This document shows positions 41,760 to 51,008 of a DNA stretch of 64,000 nucleotides, piece by piece. A program made the position numbers and the translations under genes. Source of the DNA: Verrucomicrobiota bacterium (GTDB taxonomy: Bacteria; Verrucomicrobiota; Verrucomicrobiia; Limisphaerales; SXQI01). Every line of letters starts with the position of its first letter. The stretch's first letter is position 1. Location of the stretch: positions 1 through 64,000 of the forward strand of contig JANRLX010000111.1 in assembly GCA_033762115.1 (NCBI GenBank), given 5' to 3'. The notes beneath the pieces are model-generated. The model did not search any database and was not told the origin of the DNA. It saw only the letters and a program-made list of their open reading frames with translations.

Positions 41760-42785
41760 TCAGGCCTGGTCGCGGACCATCTCATAAAGTCGATTCCAGC
41801 GACGTGGAAAATAATGGGCTGAAATGGTTTGAAAAATGATCTGCCGGACGTTTTTACGAGGAATTTTGATTGGGATTCCCGGATCAAGAATTTTGCCGAT
41901 TTTAAGTTTTTGAACCGTTTGAATACCAATCAGGACAGGCCATGCACAGGCAAGGCGGACCCTGACCTGATTCCGCGGCAGCGCATTGGTGTATCGCCAG
42001 CCAGCTTCGAGGAAATTTTCAGCTTTTTTCAGAAGCGGATTGTAAACAGCCCGAAAGGTGGGTTCATTGTTGGGATCGAGCAGGGCGGCAGGAGCCATTC
42101 CGATCCGGTTGAGTGCTTCTTCCGGGATGTAACAACGGCCATTTGCCAGGTCTCGTGGAATGTCTCGGAGAATATTGACGAGTTGAAGGCCCTGGCCGAA
42201 ACGCTTCCCATCTTCGAGAAGCTGCTTCCTGAGATCAGCGGTGGCAGGAAATAACCGAAGCAAACAGATTTCTGTCCAGAACTCACCCACACAACCAGCC
42301 ACCCGCCAAGTGTAATCCTCCAGTTCATCCGTGGTCTTGAGCGCGTGGACAACGCCGGGGTGAGGAGTGCCAAAGCGGCGCAAATCCAATTCCTGGCCAC
42401 TGGTAATGGTGTCCAGCACCTGCTGGATTAATCGTCGTTCTGTTTCCTGGGTGGAGCGAAGCAGCTGGAGGACGCTGGGAAGCTCTTGCAAAAGAAATTT
42501 TTCAGCGGAAGCGGACTGGCAGCTGGCGAGAGAAAAAAAATCAGGCGCGGGACCAGATCCTGAAAGGATGGCGGCGCGGAGCTCTTGCAATTTCTGCAAC
42601 CTCTTTTCAACGGGCACCAGTTCAGTGTCCGCAATGGTATCTGTAGCGCGGGCCAAAAGGTAGGCCAGGCCGATTTGCCCTCTTACAGCCGAAGGCATGA
42701 CCCGGATGGTCAGATAGAATGAGCGTGAAACTGCCTTAAGCAGGGGAAGCAATTCCTGCTGAGGTCGGGATGACATTGGGATCAA
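41760..42785 (-). CDS. Squalene/phytoene synthase family protein (start 42785 or 42776)
   Basis: VSRSFYL, YLLARATDTIAD, YTWRVAGCVGEFW, GQGLQLVNILRDIPRD..GRCYIP. Confidence 0.88.
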   Translation of the reverse strand: MIPMSSRPQQELLPLLKAVSRSFYLTIRVMPSAVRGQIGLAYLLARATDTIADTELVPVEKRLQKLQELRAAILSGSGPAPDFFSLASCQSASAEKFLLQELPSVLQLLRSTQETERRLIQQVLDTITSGQELDLRRFGTPHPGVVHALKTTDELEDYTWRVAGCVGEFWTEICLLRLFPATADLRKQLLEDGKRFGQGLQLVNILRDIPRDLANGRCYIPEEALNRIGMAPAALLDPNNEPTFRAVYNPLLKKAENFLEAGWRYTNALPRNQVRVRLACAWPVLIGIQTVQKLKIGKILDPGIPIKIPRKNVRQIIFQTISAHYFPRRWNRLYEMVRDQA

Positions 42786-44188
42786 GGGGCAAGCTGTTTT
42801 CGCCAGCGGGTAATTTGCTTCTTCACCTGTGCAGGAGCTGGTGCGCCAGTGATGTCGCGGAAGCTCATGGCTTTTTTCAGATCGAAAAGTCCGTGGACCT
42901 CCTTGTCAAAAAGTTCATGGACTGTCTTGTACTCGGCAAGGGTCAGTTCGTTGAGGGGGCGCCCGCTTTTTTCAGCAAGCGCCACCAAAGCGCCAACTGC
43001 ATGGTGTGCCTGGCGAAAGGGCAAACCTTTACGCACCAGGTAATCAGCCAGATCGGTCGCCAGCAGGCCGACATCCGCGGATGCCTGGGCGCAATTTTCA
43101 GTGAGGACGGTGGTATGACGAAGCATGGCCGCGTTCAAGCGGACTGTTGCGCGCACTGTATCCACCGTGTCGAAGAGATGTTCCTTATCCTCCTGCAGGT
43201 CGCGATTATAGGTCATGGGCAACCCCTTCAGGAGGGTGAGCAACGCCATGAGATTCCCAACCACTCGACCGGATTTACCGCGAGTGAGTTCAGCAATGTC
43301 CGGGTTCTTTTTCTGGGGCATCAGGGAGGAACCGGTGGTATAGGAATCAGAGATGCGGATAAAAGCGAATTCGCTGCTGGACCAGAGGACCATATCCTCC
43401 GCAAGACGTGACAGGTGCACTGCAATCAACGCGGCGAGACTGCAAAATTCCACGGCAAAATCCCGATCGCAAACGGCATCCATGGAGTTTTGGGAAACAG
43501 CGGGGTTTTCCTTGAAATCAACGAATCCGAGCAGTTCGGCAACCATTTCACGATCCAGGGGCAGGGTTGACCCGGCAATCGCGCCGCTCCCGAGAGGACA
43601 AATATTCAAACGTCCAAAGCAATCGGTCAGGCGCCCGGCATCACGTTCCAGCATTTCCACATAAGCGAGCAAATGATGCGCAAAGGAAACAGGCTGGGCT
43701 CTTTGAAGGTGGGTGTAACCGGGGATGATTACCTGCTCATTCTTCTCAGCCAGTTCGACCAATGCGCGTTGCAGGTCTCGAAGTTCTTCCAGAAGTGCGA
43801 TCATTTCATCCCGGAGCCACATGCGGACATCAAGGGCAACCTGGTCATTCCGGCTTCTGCCGGTGTGAAGCTTGGCCCCGGCAGGGACACGGGCAGTCAA
43901 CGCAGCCTCGATATTCATGTGGACATCTTCCAGTTCAGGCTTCCAGGTGAACTGGCCAGCCTCGATCTCTTCACCGATCTTTTCCAGGCCGCGACGAATT
44001 TCCAGAAGTTCGCTTTTAGTCAGCACCCCGATCTTTTGAAGCATGGTGGCATGGGCAATGGAACCAAGGATGTCATGCTTCCAAAGTCGCCAGTCAAACG
44101 AGATCGATTCCGTGAAAGCGGCGACATCAGCGCCAGGGCCAGATTCAAATCGTCCGCTGCGGGAAACCGGTGTGCTCTTTTTCTTCAT
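42782..44188 (-). CDS. argH: Argininosuccinate lyase
   Basis: EDVHMNIE, HTGRSRNDQV, PGYTHLQRAQP, GSSLMPQKKNPD, YNRDLQEDKE. Confidence 0.97.
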   Translation of the reverse strand: MKKKSTPVSRSGRFESGPGADVAAFTESISFDWRLWKHDILGSIAHATMLQKIGVLTKSELLEIRRGLEKIGEEIEAGQFTWKPELEDVHMNIEAALTARVPAGAKLHTGRSRNDQVALDVRMWLRDEMIALLEELRDLQRALVELAEKNEQVIIPGYTHLQRAQPVSFAHHLLAYVEMLERDAGRLTDCFGRLNICPLGSGAIAGSTLPLDREMVAELLGFVDFKENPAVSQNSMDAVCDRDFAVEFCSLAALIAVHLSRLAEDMVLWSSSEFAFIRISDSYTTGSSLMPQKKNPDIAELTRGKSGRVVGNLMALLTLLKGLPMTYNRDLQEDKEHLFDTVDTVRATVRLNAAMLRHTTVLTENCAQASADVGLLATDLADYLVRKGLPFRQAHHAVGALVALAEKSGRPLNELTLAEYKTVHELFDKEVHGLFDLKKAMSFRDITGAPAPAQVKKQITRWRKQLAP

Positions 44189-44320
44189 CTGCGTGGGTCA
44201 TGGTAGAGCGATGGGCGCAGGTTGCAATGCTGGGCTGAATGGTCGATGACGATTTCCGGGGCGGGTGAATGAGATAAATAACAAAGAACACTTGAACAAA
44301 AAGCGGTTCGGGCTTATATC

Positions 44321-44334
44321 TGTTTTTGTGAACA
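44321..44334. promoter_or_regulatory. Candidate LexA (SOS) box, Verrucomicrobia type
   Basis: TGTTT-TTGT-GAACA, 9/10 match to TGTTC-N4-GAACA; directly after TTGAAC-N17-TATATC and overlapping the GTG start. Confidence 0.6.
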
Positions 44335-45383
44335 GTATCAAGGGCCGTGGCGCCGCGGAAAATCCTGCCAATCGTTTCGAGGAGATTCATCTCCAGAGGG
44401 ACATCGACTGGAACCCGGAGGACGATGGCCCGCTGCATACCCGCATTTTTCACGACACCACGCAAAAGATCATCAATTACAATGACAGCCCTGACGTGGG
44501 ATTTGATGCGAGCGTGAATCCGTATCGCGGTTGTGAGCATGGCTGCATTTATTGCTTCGCGCGTCCCACCCATGAATATCTGGGGTTCTCATCCGGGCTG
44601 GATTTCGAAAGCAAAATCATGGTCAAGCTGGATGCGCCAACTCTGCTGCGCAAAGAGCTTTCCTCACGCTCATGGAAACCGCAGGTGATCGTGATGAGCG
44701 GGGTTACGGATTGCTATCAGCCACTGGAACGTAAATTGCGCCTGACACGCGGCTGCCTGGAAGTCCTGGCGGAGTTTCGCAACCCGGTCTGCATCATCAC
44801 CAAAAACCATCTTGTGACTCGTGATGTGGAACTTTATGCGGAACTGGCGCAATACCAGGCCGCTGCGGTGAATATTTCCATCACGACGTTGGACCCGGAA
44901 TTGACCCCGATCCTTGAGCCGCGCGCATCGCTGCCAAGAATGCGCCTGGCGGCAATCAGGGAACTGAGTGCTGCCGGGGTGCCGGTCGGCGTCATGGTCG
45001 CGCCGGTGGTCCCGGGAATCACGGATTTCGAGATGCCGCAGATCGTTGCGGCGGCGGTTGAAGCCGGGGCAAAGTTTGCCGGATATGTGCCGGTGCGTTT
45101 GCCTTACGCGGTAAAGGATTTGTTTGATACCTGGTTGCAACGGCATTTTCCTGACCGCAGGGAAAAAGTGTTGAATGGCATTCGCGCCTTACGTGACGGA
45201 AAATTGAACGATCCCAACTTTGGATCGCGCCTGGAAGGGAGCGGACCTGCTGCGGAACGGCTTTCAAAATTATTTGAAGTGTCCTGCCGAAAGGCCGGGT
45301 TGCCCAATGAACGATCAAGCCTTTCGACGGCGGCATTTCGGGTGCCTTCCGGCCCGCAGATGCTTTTACAATTGCAAGGTTAA
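44328..45383 (+). CDS. PA0069/Rv2578c-family (SplB-like) radical SAM protein
   Basis: KGRGA..NP.NRF, NPYRGCEHGCIYCFARPTH (CX3CX2C), TDCYQP.E, LEPRA. Confidence 0.9.
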   Translation: MNSIKGRGAAENPANRFEEIHLQRDIDWNPEDDGPLHTRIFHDTTQKIINYNDSPDVGFDASVNPYRGCEHGCIYCFARPTHEYLGFSSGLDFESKIMVKLDAPTLLRKELSSRSWKPQVIVMSGVTDCYQPLERKLRLTRGCLEVLAEFRNPVCIITKNHLVTRDVELYAELAQYQAAAVNISITTLDPELTPILEPRASLPRMRLAAIRELSAAGVPVGVMVAPVVPGITDFEMPQIVAAAVEAGAKFAGYVPVRLPYAVKDLFDTWLQRHFPDRREKVLNGIRALRDGKLNDPNFGSRLEGSGPAAERLSKLFEVSCRKAGLPNERSSLSTAAFRVPSGPQMLLQLQG

Positions 45384-45397
45384 TTCAAAACCCGCTA

Positions 45398-45763
45398 TCA
45401 GCGCGGCTGTCCGATTCGGATGAGATTGCCGTCAATATCAACGACGGCGAACTCACGCATTCCCCACGGCTTATCCTCAATGGCGTCCTGGCGCGGGATT
45501 CCCTTTTTTGGTAACTGCGCGGAAGCAAAAGTGCAGTGGATGCTGTCCACGTCCAACACCCTGATGTAACAGCCTGCGCTCGATTCGGCAGGAACCAGTT
45601 CCTTATGGGTAAAAAAGTGAATCTCAATCGTGCCGCGCGTCAGGATCAGATAATCACCAAAACCATGAATCTCTCCCTTGAAACCGAGTCGTCGATAAAA
45701 TGCCAGCGTGTTCTCCAGCGAGCGACTGGGCAGAATGGGAATCGCAATGTCCTGCTGTTGCAT
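45398..45763 (-). CDS. VOC/glyoxalase/bleomycin-resistance family protein
   Basis: AIPILP, AFYRRLGF, PWGMREF...D.DGNLIRIGQ. Confidence 0.88.
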   Translation of the reverse strand: MQQQDIAIPILPSRSLENTLAFYRRLGFKGEIHGFGDYLILTRGTIEIHFFTHKELVPAESSAGCYIRVLDVDSIHCTFASAQLPKKGIPRQDAIEDKPWGMREFAVVDIDGNLIRIGQPR

Positions 45764-45851
45764 GGTGGTGGTGCAGTCCTGTTTCGAAATCTATTTTGCG
45801 AAAACATCCAGAAAGTGCAAATTTTTTGCCAGTGACTGAAATAGAGGAAAC

Positions 45852-47324
45852 CTATTCCCTGGGAAAACCGCCTGTATGGCAGTTATTGCAGGAGAAGTCT
45901 TCGTTGACCGCGTCGATGTGGAAGAAGGCGTGCCCTTTGGCCTCGAGTTTCTGTAGATCGGTTTCTGCGCTGCCTTGAGCCAGAATTGTGTGGCAGGAAT
46001 TACAGCTGCTCGCGGCGATCATGCGCCCATCGGTGCTCTTGTGTTGGCCATCGTGACAGCGGAAACATCCAAGCCATTCCTTGTGGCCTATGTTATCAGG
46101 ATAAGCACGCCAATCCGCTTTCATCTCAGGGAAGAAATTTTGTTTGAAAATGGACTGCGCCGCAGCGATTGCCGATTCCATGCGTGGTTCTGCTGGATAC
46201 AATGTTTTCAGATGTGCTGAGATCCGCGCAACGGCTTCCTCCTCGGTTGAATACTGAGCAGTCAGCACCGCGACCACGTTTGATTTAACCCACGGGATTG
46301 TTCGGTCAATTTTCCCTGCCATGATCGCTTCATCCACTGCGTCATTTGGCGTGGAAAATTGATGTGCCGGACGGTTGTGACAATCCATGCAATCCATGGT
46401 TCGCACCTTATGCTTTTCCGGTGCATCCACAAAACCGGGGAGGCGATACTCCCTTTGCTGTCCTTTGCTGTCGGTCACGCGCACCCAGGGAATTGTCTGA
46501 CGCTGGTCATCTGTCGCAAGGTATTCCACCTTGTTCGCCAGGTTCATGTGCCAATGAATTCCTCCCACATGCTCGTTACCGCCTCCAACATTCAAGGACA
46601 AACGTACCGCGAACGCAGTGTTCGTTTCATCCGCTAAAAAATGATAGTAGGTTCGGTCCAACTGCCCGGAATTTCTTTCAGGCCAGTGACATTGCTCACA
46701 TGTCTCCTGGGCCGGACGCATGTTCGGCACAGGGGTTTTGATCGGCCGGTTGTAATCGCCTGTTAGGACACCCACCAACTGGTGTACTCCATTCAATTTG
46801 GCTTTCACATATGCGCTGGCGCCGTGCCCCACGTGACACTCAACGCAATCCACTCTTGCGTGCGGCGAATTTTGATATGCCGTATACTCCGGCTTCATCG
46901 GTGTGTGGCAGGCCTTGCCACAAAATTGATTTGATTCCGTGTAACGATACGTTTCATAGCTACCCACCGCCGTCATCATGGCAAAGATCGCCGTGCCAAA
47001 TGCAGCGCCAGCCAGAATCCTGCGATCACGCGGTCGCCGAAGATCGATCATGATGGCTGAAGGGGCTTCTGTCCCGGCCTTTTGTCGATGACGCCGATGA
47101 ATCCAGATGCCCAGGACCGCGAGCAGGAAACCGAGTAGCATGAACCCTGGTGCCACGACATACGCCAGCAATCCTATGTAGGGGTTTCCGCCGTGTGCGG
47201 TCATATCGATCGCAAACAGCAGCAGGAAAGCCAGTAAACCTCCCGCTGCAAGGATCGTTCCTGCCAGCGTCAGCCAGTTTCGGGACAGGCCAGGAGAATG
47301 CCTGGGCTGGTTTGATTGGGACAC
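45852..47324 (-). CDS. Inner-membrane heptaheme cytochrome c with NapC/NirT-type N-terminus (ImcH-like)
   Basis: Three N-terminal TM segments; heme motifs CGKACH, CVECH, CEQCH, CMDCH, CFRCH, CNSCH, CNNCH. Confidence 0.85.
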   Translation of the reverse strand: MSQSNQPRHSPGLSRNWLTLAGTILAAGGLLAFLLLFAIDMTAHGGNPYIGLLAYVVAPGFMLLGFLLAVLGIWIHRRHRQKAGTEAPSAIMIDLRRPRDRRILAGAAFGTAIFAMMTAVGSYETYRYTESNQFCGKACHTPMKPEYTAYQNSPHARVDCVECHVGHGASAYVKAKLNGVHQLVGVLTGDYNRPIKTPVPNMRPAQETCEQCHWPERNSGQLDRTYYHFLADETNTAFAVRLSLNVGGGNEHVGGIHWHMNLANKVEYLATDDQRQTIPWVRVTDSKGQQREYRLPGFVDAPEKHKVRTMDCMDCHNRPAHQFSTPNDAVDEAIMAGKIDRTIPWVKSNVVAVLTAQYSTEEEAVARISAHLKTLYPAEPRMESAIAAAQSIFKQNFFPEMKADWRAYPDNIGHKEWLGCFRCHDGQHKSTDGRMIAASSCNSCHTILAQGSAETDLQKLEAKGHAFFHIDAVNEDFSCNNCHTGGFPRE

Positions 47325-47333
47325 GCGCAGTTC

Positions 47334-47666
47334 CTACTTTTTGAAAGCGCGCATTAACGTTACCAACTCCTTAATCTCGTCGTCAGAAAGTTTGTCTCCG
47401 AATGGTTTCATCGCTTCCTTTCCCTTGATTGTCTGACCTTCCTTGATCGATTTGAAAGCCCTTGCGTCGTCCAGTTCGGCCTGCACTTTTTCATCTGTGT
47501 AGTCCCTCGCGCCAGCCTGTTTTCCCATGCGTGTCTGCCCTTTTCCATCAGGTCCATGGCATTTTGCACAGTTTTTATCGTAGTTTGTTTTTGCGTCAGC
47601 CGCGCTGCTCGAAGCAGTTAGCAACACCATTGTGCAGATTACGGTTAGTAAGGTTTTGCTTTTCAT
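47334..47666 (-). CDS. Periplasmic monoheme class I cytochrome c
   Basis: Signal peptide, CAKCH, distal Met in AMKPF, LSDDEIKELV. Confidence 0.9.
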   Translation of the reverse strand: MKSKTLLTVICTMVLLTASSSAADAKTNYDKNCAKCHGPDGKGQTRMGKQAGARDYTDEKVQAELDDARAFKSIKEGQTIKGKEAMKPFGDKLSDDEIKELVTLMRAFKK

Positions 47667-47673
47667 AAAATTC

Positions 47674-49818
47674 TCAGAAGCGGAAACGAAAAGCCGAAGA
47701 CAAAATGTGCGCTTCGTAATCATTGCGACCTCCGAAGGTCTTATCAGACAAGGTGACCCACCCGTATTTGAGGGTCCATTGCATCGCACTGCTGAATCGA
47801 TGTATCAGCGTCCCGGTGATCCCATGTTCCTCCGCCGACACCAAAAAGGGCACACTGACTGCCGAATTGTCAGAGAAGTTATCCGCATAGTACGTGAAGT
47901 ATTGCGCCAGCAGATCAGTCTTTTCCGTCAATGCGTACCCCGCAGTTGCGGAGGCATCGATATAATCCTGGATCGATTTTTGTACCGCATTGGCTTGTCC
48001 GGCACTCGTGCTGAATGGAGTCTGGGTACGGTCCAGAACGTAATTCACCGCAGCCTGGAGGAGCAACCGTGGCAAAGGCGTCCAGGTAATGCTCTCTCCA
48101 ATGATGTGTGAAGTCATCTCTGCGCTTTCCACTTCGCTCAATCGATCCATCCGGCTGTTGATCGTTGAAATCTGGAAATCATATCGAGTCACCAGCGACA
48201 GCGATTGGATTGGTCGAAGGCTTATCCGGAAATTAATATCATCCGTGGTGAAATCCTGGTCACGAATGTAAGCGGGGTAACGATCACCACCTGTATTTAA
48301 AGTGCCGTCATTAGTGTGATCATAATCATTCCGGCGTTCCTTGTGATAGTATTGCGCGGCAAGATTCAATCCCGCTTTTGGATACCAGTTTGCGCCTGCA
48401 ACATACTTTTGAGTAAAGCGTGTTGAATCGCTATCTCGAGAGATGGAAACCACCGGAGGCACTCCGTCCTCCAGCACCATTTCCCGTTCTCGCAGATCGC
48501 CATCACCCTGCAGCCATTCACCGCGGACATACAACACCCAGTTGGTGAGCCCCGTATAACGCGCTTCCAATCCTTCACTCACATCCACAAAGCTGCGTTC
48601 ACGCGTGTTCTCGATGGCTTCAATGATCGCTGGCAAAGCCGGTGGTCCACCTACATTCGTTTCTTCAAAATCCGAAATTCCATCCTGCTCCTGTTTCTCG
48701 GCCCGGATGGACGGCACAATGGTGAGGTTCTCCCACGGCTCAAGCATTAAGTTCAAGTTCAGCACATGCTGATCGATTTTGGACCCTCCGGAGAGATCGA
48801 AAAATCCTTCATCACGCTGCTGCCGTCGTGCAAAGAGAGGGTCATATAACGCGTCATAATCAGCACCGTAAATGCGACTGCCGCCGATATCGGTGTCCAG
48901 CTTTGTGAGAGAGTAACCAGTCGTGAACAGGATTTTTTCGGAGAACCGTGTTTCCTGAAAAGCCCGCACGTTGAACAGATCTGTCTCTACGATTTCCCGT
49001 TGGGTCAAAAAGCGGTCTTGCGCCTCGCCCGGACGTCGTCGCATGTTACGCGAGTTGTCCTGGTCGGAATGTTCATAGCGTAATCCGACTCCAAATCTGG
49101 TATCCGCGATCGTATGTTCGCCATCCAGCCTGAGAATATCCCGATCTTCGTCGAGATTATAAAAACTCGGCACTATCCCACGCGTTTGCCCGGCAGGTAA
49201 GCCAAGTCCGGTATCTCCCCAAATTGTTGAGTCCTTTTGGCCGTCTCGGGTTTGGCGCGAGTAACCAAAGCGAATAATCGGCGCGTCCGGTAAGGTCAAC
49301 CCGCCTTCAAAGAACAGTTCGCTCCGGTCAACGAATAGTTCGTCATCGTACAGATCAAAAACCCGATCGTTGATCGGCAGATATCCTCCGGTACCATCAT
49401 ACCAGGTACGAAACTCCCGGTAACCAGCCCGTAGGTAACCATAATCCGGATGTTTATATCCCAACGTTAAGGAATAATCGTCATTGTCGAAGATTCCCCG
49501 GCCATCCACTTCCAGGAGCCCTTTAGGCCCGACATCCTGTTCGTAATGGAAATCGGTAACCCCTCCATAGACATCTTTCGGGATCTGATGTCTCTCCATG
49601 AACTGGGCTTCGTTTCCCTTGATAAAATTCCCACCAATGGAAACTTCAAGCCAGTTCCTGTAATCTGTTTCTTTTTTGGTTTCTAATTTAGGCGCTTCTG
49701 GCTCGGCTTTGACTGTCTGCTTCTCTTCACCAGCTGCCAGTGCAGCGCTGCACAGGCATGCCGCGGCGCATGCTCTCCTGAGACTGGCTTTTATCCACCG
49801 TGTTGAACTTGTTTTCAT
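47674..49818 (-). CDS. Large outer-membrane beta-barrel, MtrB/PioB-like by size and context
   Basis: 714 aa, signal peptide, amphipathic strands, C-terminal FRFRF; lies between two cytochrome genes. Confidence 0.75.
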   Translation of the reverse strand: MKTSSTRWIKASLRRACAAACLCSAALAAGEEKQTVKAEPEAPKLETKKETDYRNWLEVSIGGNFIKGNEAQFMERHQIPKDVYGGVTDFHYEQDVGPKGLLEVDGRGIFDNDDYSLTLGYKHPDYGYLRAGYREFRTWYDGTGGYLPINDRVFDLYDDELFVDRSELFFEGGLTLPDAPIIRFGYSRQTRDGQKDSTIWGDTGLGLPAGQTRGIVPSFYNLDEDRDILRLDGEHTIADTRFGVGLRYEHSDQDNSRNMRRRPGEAQDRFLTQREIVETDLFNVRAFQETRFSEKILFTTGYSLTKLDTDIGGSRIYGADYDALYDPLFARRQQRDEGFFDLSGGSKIDQHVLNLNLMLEPWENLTIVPSIRAEKQEQDGISDFEETNVGGPPALPAIIEAIENTRERSFVDVSEGLEARYTGLTNWVLYVRGEWLQGDGDLREREMVLEDGVPPVVSISRDSDSTRFTQKYVAGANWYPKAGLNLAAQYYHKERRNDYDHTNDGTLNTGGDRYPAYIRDQDFTTDDINFRISLRPIQSLSLVTRYDFQISTINSRMDRLSEVESAEMTSHIIGESITWTPLPRLLLQAAVNYVLDRTQTPFSTSAGQANAVQKSIQDYIDASATAGYALTEKTDLLAQYFTYYADNFSDNSAVSVPFLVSAEEHGITGTLIHRFSSAMQWTLKYGWVTLSDKTFGGRNDYEAHILSSAFRFRF

Positions 49819-49839
49819 AGTAGTTCTCCAGCTGTGGTT

Positions 49840-50649
49840 TTAGAACCGAAGTGATGAACTGATGTGCGAACCATGCACGGCCTCATGACAACCTGCCGTC
49901 CAGCAAGTGCCCCGTGAGAGGAACTGGCTGTGATCCCGTCCTCCAATGAAAATCGTTGCGGGCGGAACCTGCTGTTGAAAATGGCATTTCAAGCAGAGGT
50001 TCTGGTTGCGTTGGGTCAATAATTTGTCATTGGTGGTCCCGTGCGGATCGTGGCAAGTGGTGCAACCCTCCCGAACCGCTTCATGCTCGAACACAAACGG
50101 TCCGCGTTGCGCAATGTGGCACTTGGCGCAGGTGTCTGAATCAGACGCCATTGTAAAAGGCCCGCCCGGTGTCGCCTGACCTTTATGCGGATCGTGACAC
50201 TCGCTGCAACTCATCTTTCCATCGCCAATCGGATGGTGGTGTGGCAGTTGAAACCGGCCTTTCATCTCCAGGTGACACGAGAAACACACTTCCGGATCAC
50301 GGTTCGGATTAATGATGGTGTTCCGTGCTCCTCCAGATTCGTTATGCAAGCTGCCGGGGCCGTGGCAACTCTCGCACCCCACATTCCTGGCGTGATCTCC
50401 CTTTGCCATCAGCCGCGCATGTGTAGCCGACCCGAAATGCGCACTCACCCCGCCATGGCACTCCGCGCATGTTTCCGAGCCCACGAATGTGGATCCCGGA
50501 ATATCCGGTGGTACAAACAAAGTTCGCTGAACGTTTACGCAGGATATCAATGTCGCCAGAGACAAAAGCAAAAGCGCAATGGCTCCTGCTCGACGTACTG
50601 TTTTCTTCCTGCCTGAGCACAAACCGCGGGTTGGGGCTTGGTCTTTCAT
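49840..50649 (-). CDS. MtrA/DmsE-family multiheme cytochrome c, octaheme, probable lipoprotein
   Basis: Lipobox LISC; CAECH, CESCH, CFSCH, CSECH, CAKCH, CTTCH, CLKCH, CWTAGCH; family motifs RGPFVFEH and CH..VHGS. Confidence 0.88.
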   Translation of the reverse strand: MKDQAPTRGLCSGRKKTVRRAGAIALLLLSLATLISCVNVQRTLFVPPDIPGSTFVGSETCAECHGGVSAHFGSATHARLMAKGDHARNVGCESCHGPGSLHNESGGARNTIINPNRDPEVCFSCHLEMKGRFQLPHHHPIGDGKMSCSECHDPHKGQATPGGPFTMASDSDTCAKCHIAQRGPFVFEHEAVREGCTTCHDPHGTTNDKLLTQRNQNLCLKCHFQQQVPPATIFIGGRDHSQFLSRGTCWTAGCHEAVHGSHISSSLRF

Positions 50650-51008
50650 ATCTCCACCAGGAGCAATTCCTGATCAGTTGAATCGCAAAAACAATCGCCT
50701 GGGTAACTCTTTTCGCGCTTAAGCCTAGGAAGGTGAAAAACTTTCCGCTAACCGTTTCTTGGCTTTTTATTCTAATGATGAAAAATTTTAAGTTTGGCCC
50801 CCAGGAACGGTACAACCCTTTACGCAGGCCTCAGCCACAAGTTTGGAACGGCGGCAAATCCCTGCCTTTTTTTGCCTAAACAGAACCTGCGATTCGTGAA
50901 GAACACCGCGTGCGCAGTAAGAACGCTGCCAGAAAAACAATCGCTTGGATCAGTCTTGTCATTATTCACGAACGTTGAAATGACTCCATCAGCCTTAAAT
51001 CTCCCCAT

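Noticed and set aside
50650..51008. FNR, Fur, Rex or sigma-54 sites upstream of the cytochrome operon
   Set aside because: Only partial matches with wrong spacing (e.g. GG-N9-GC); none is supportable
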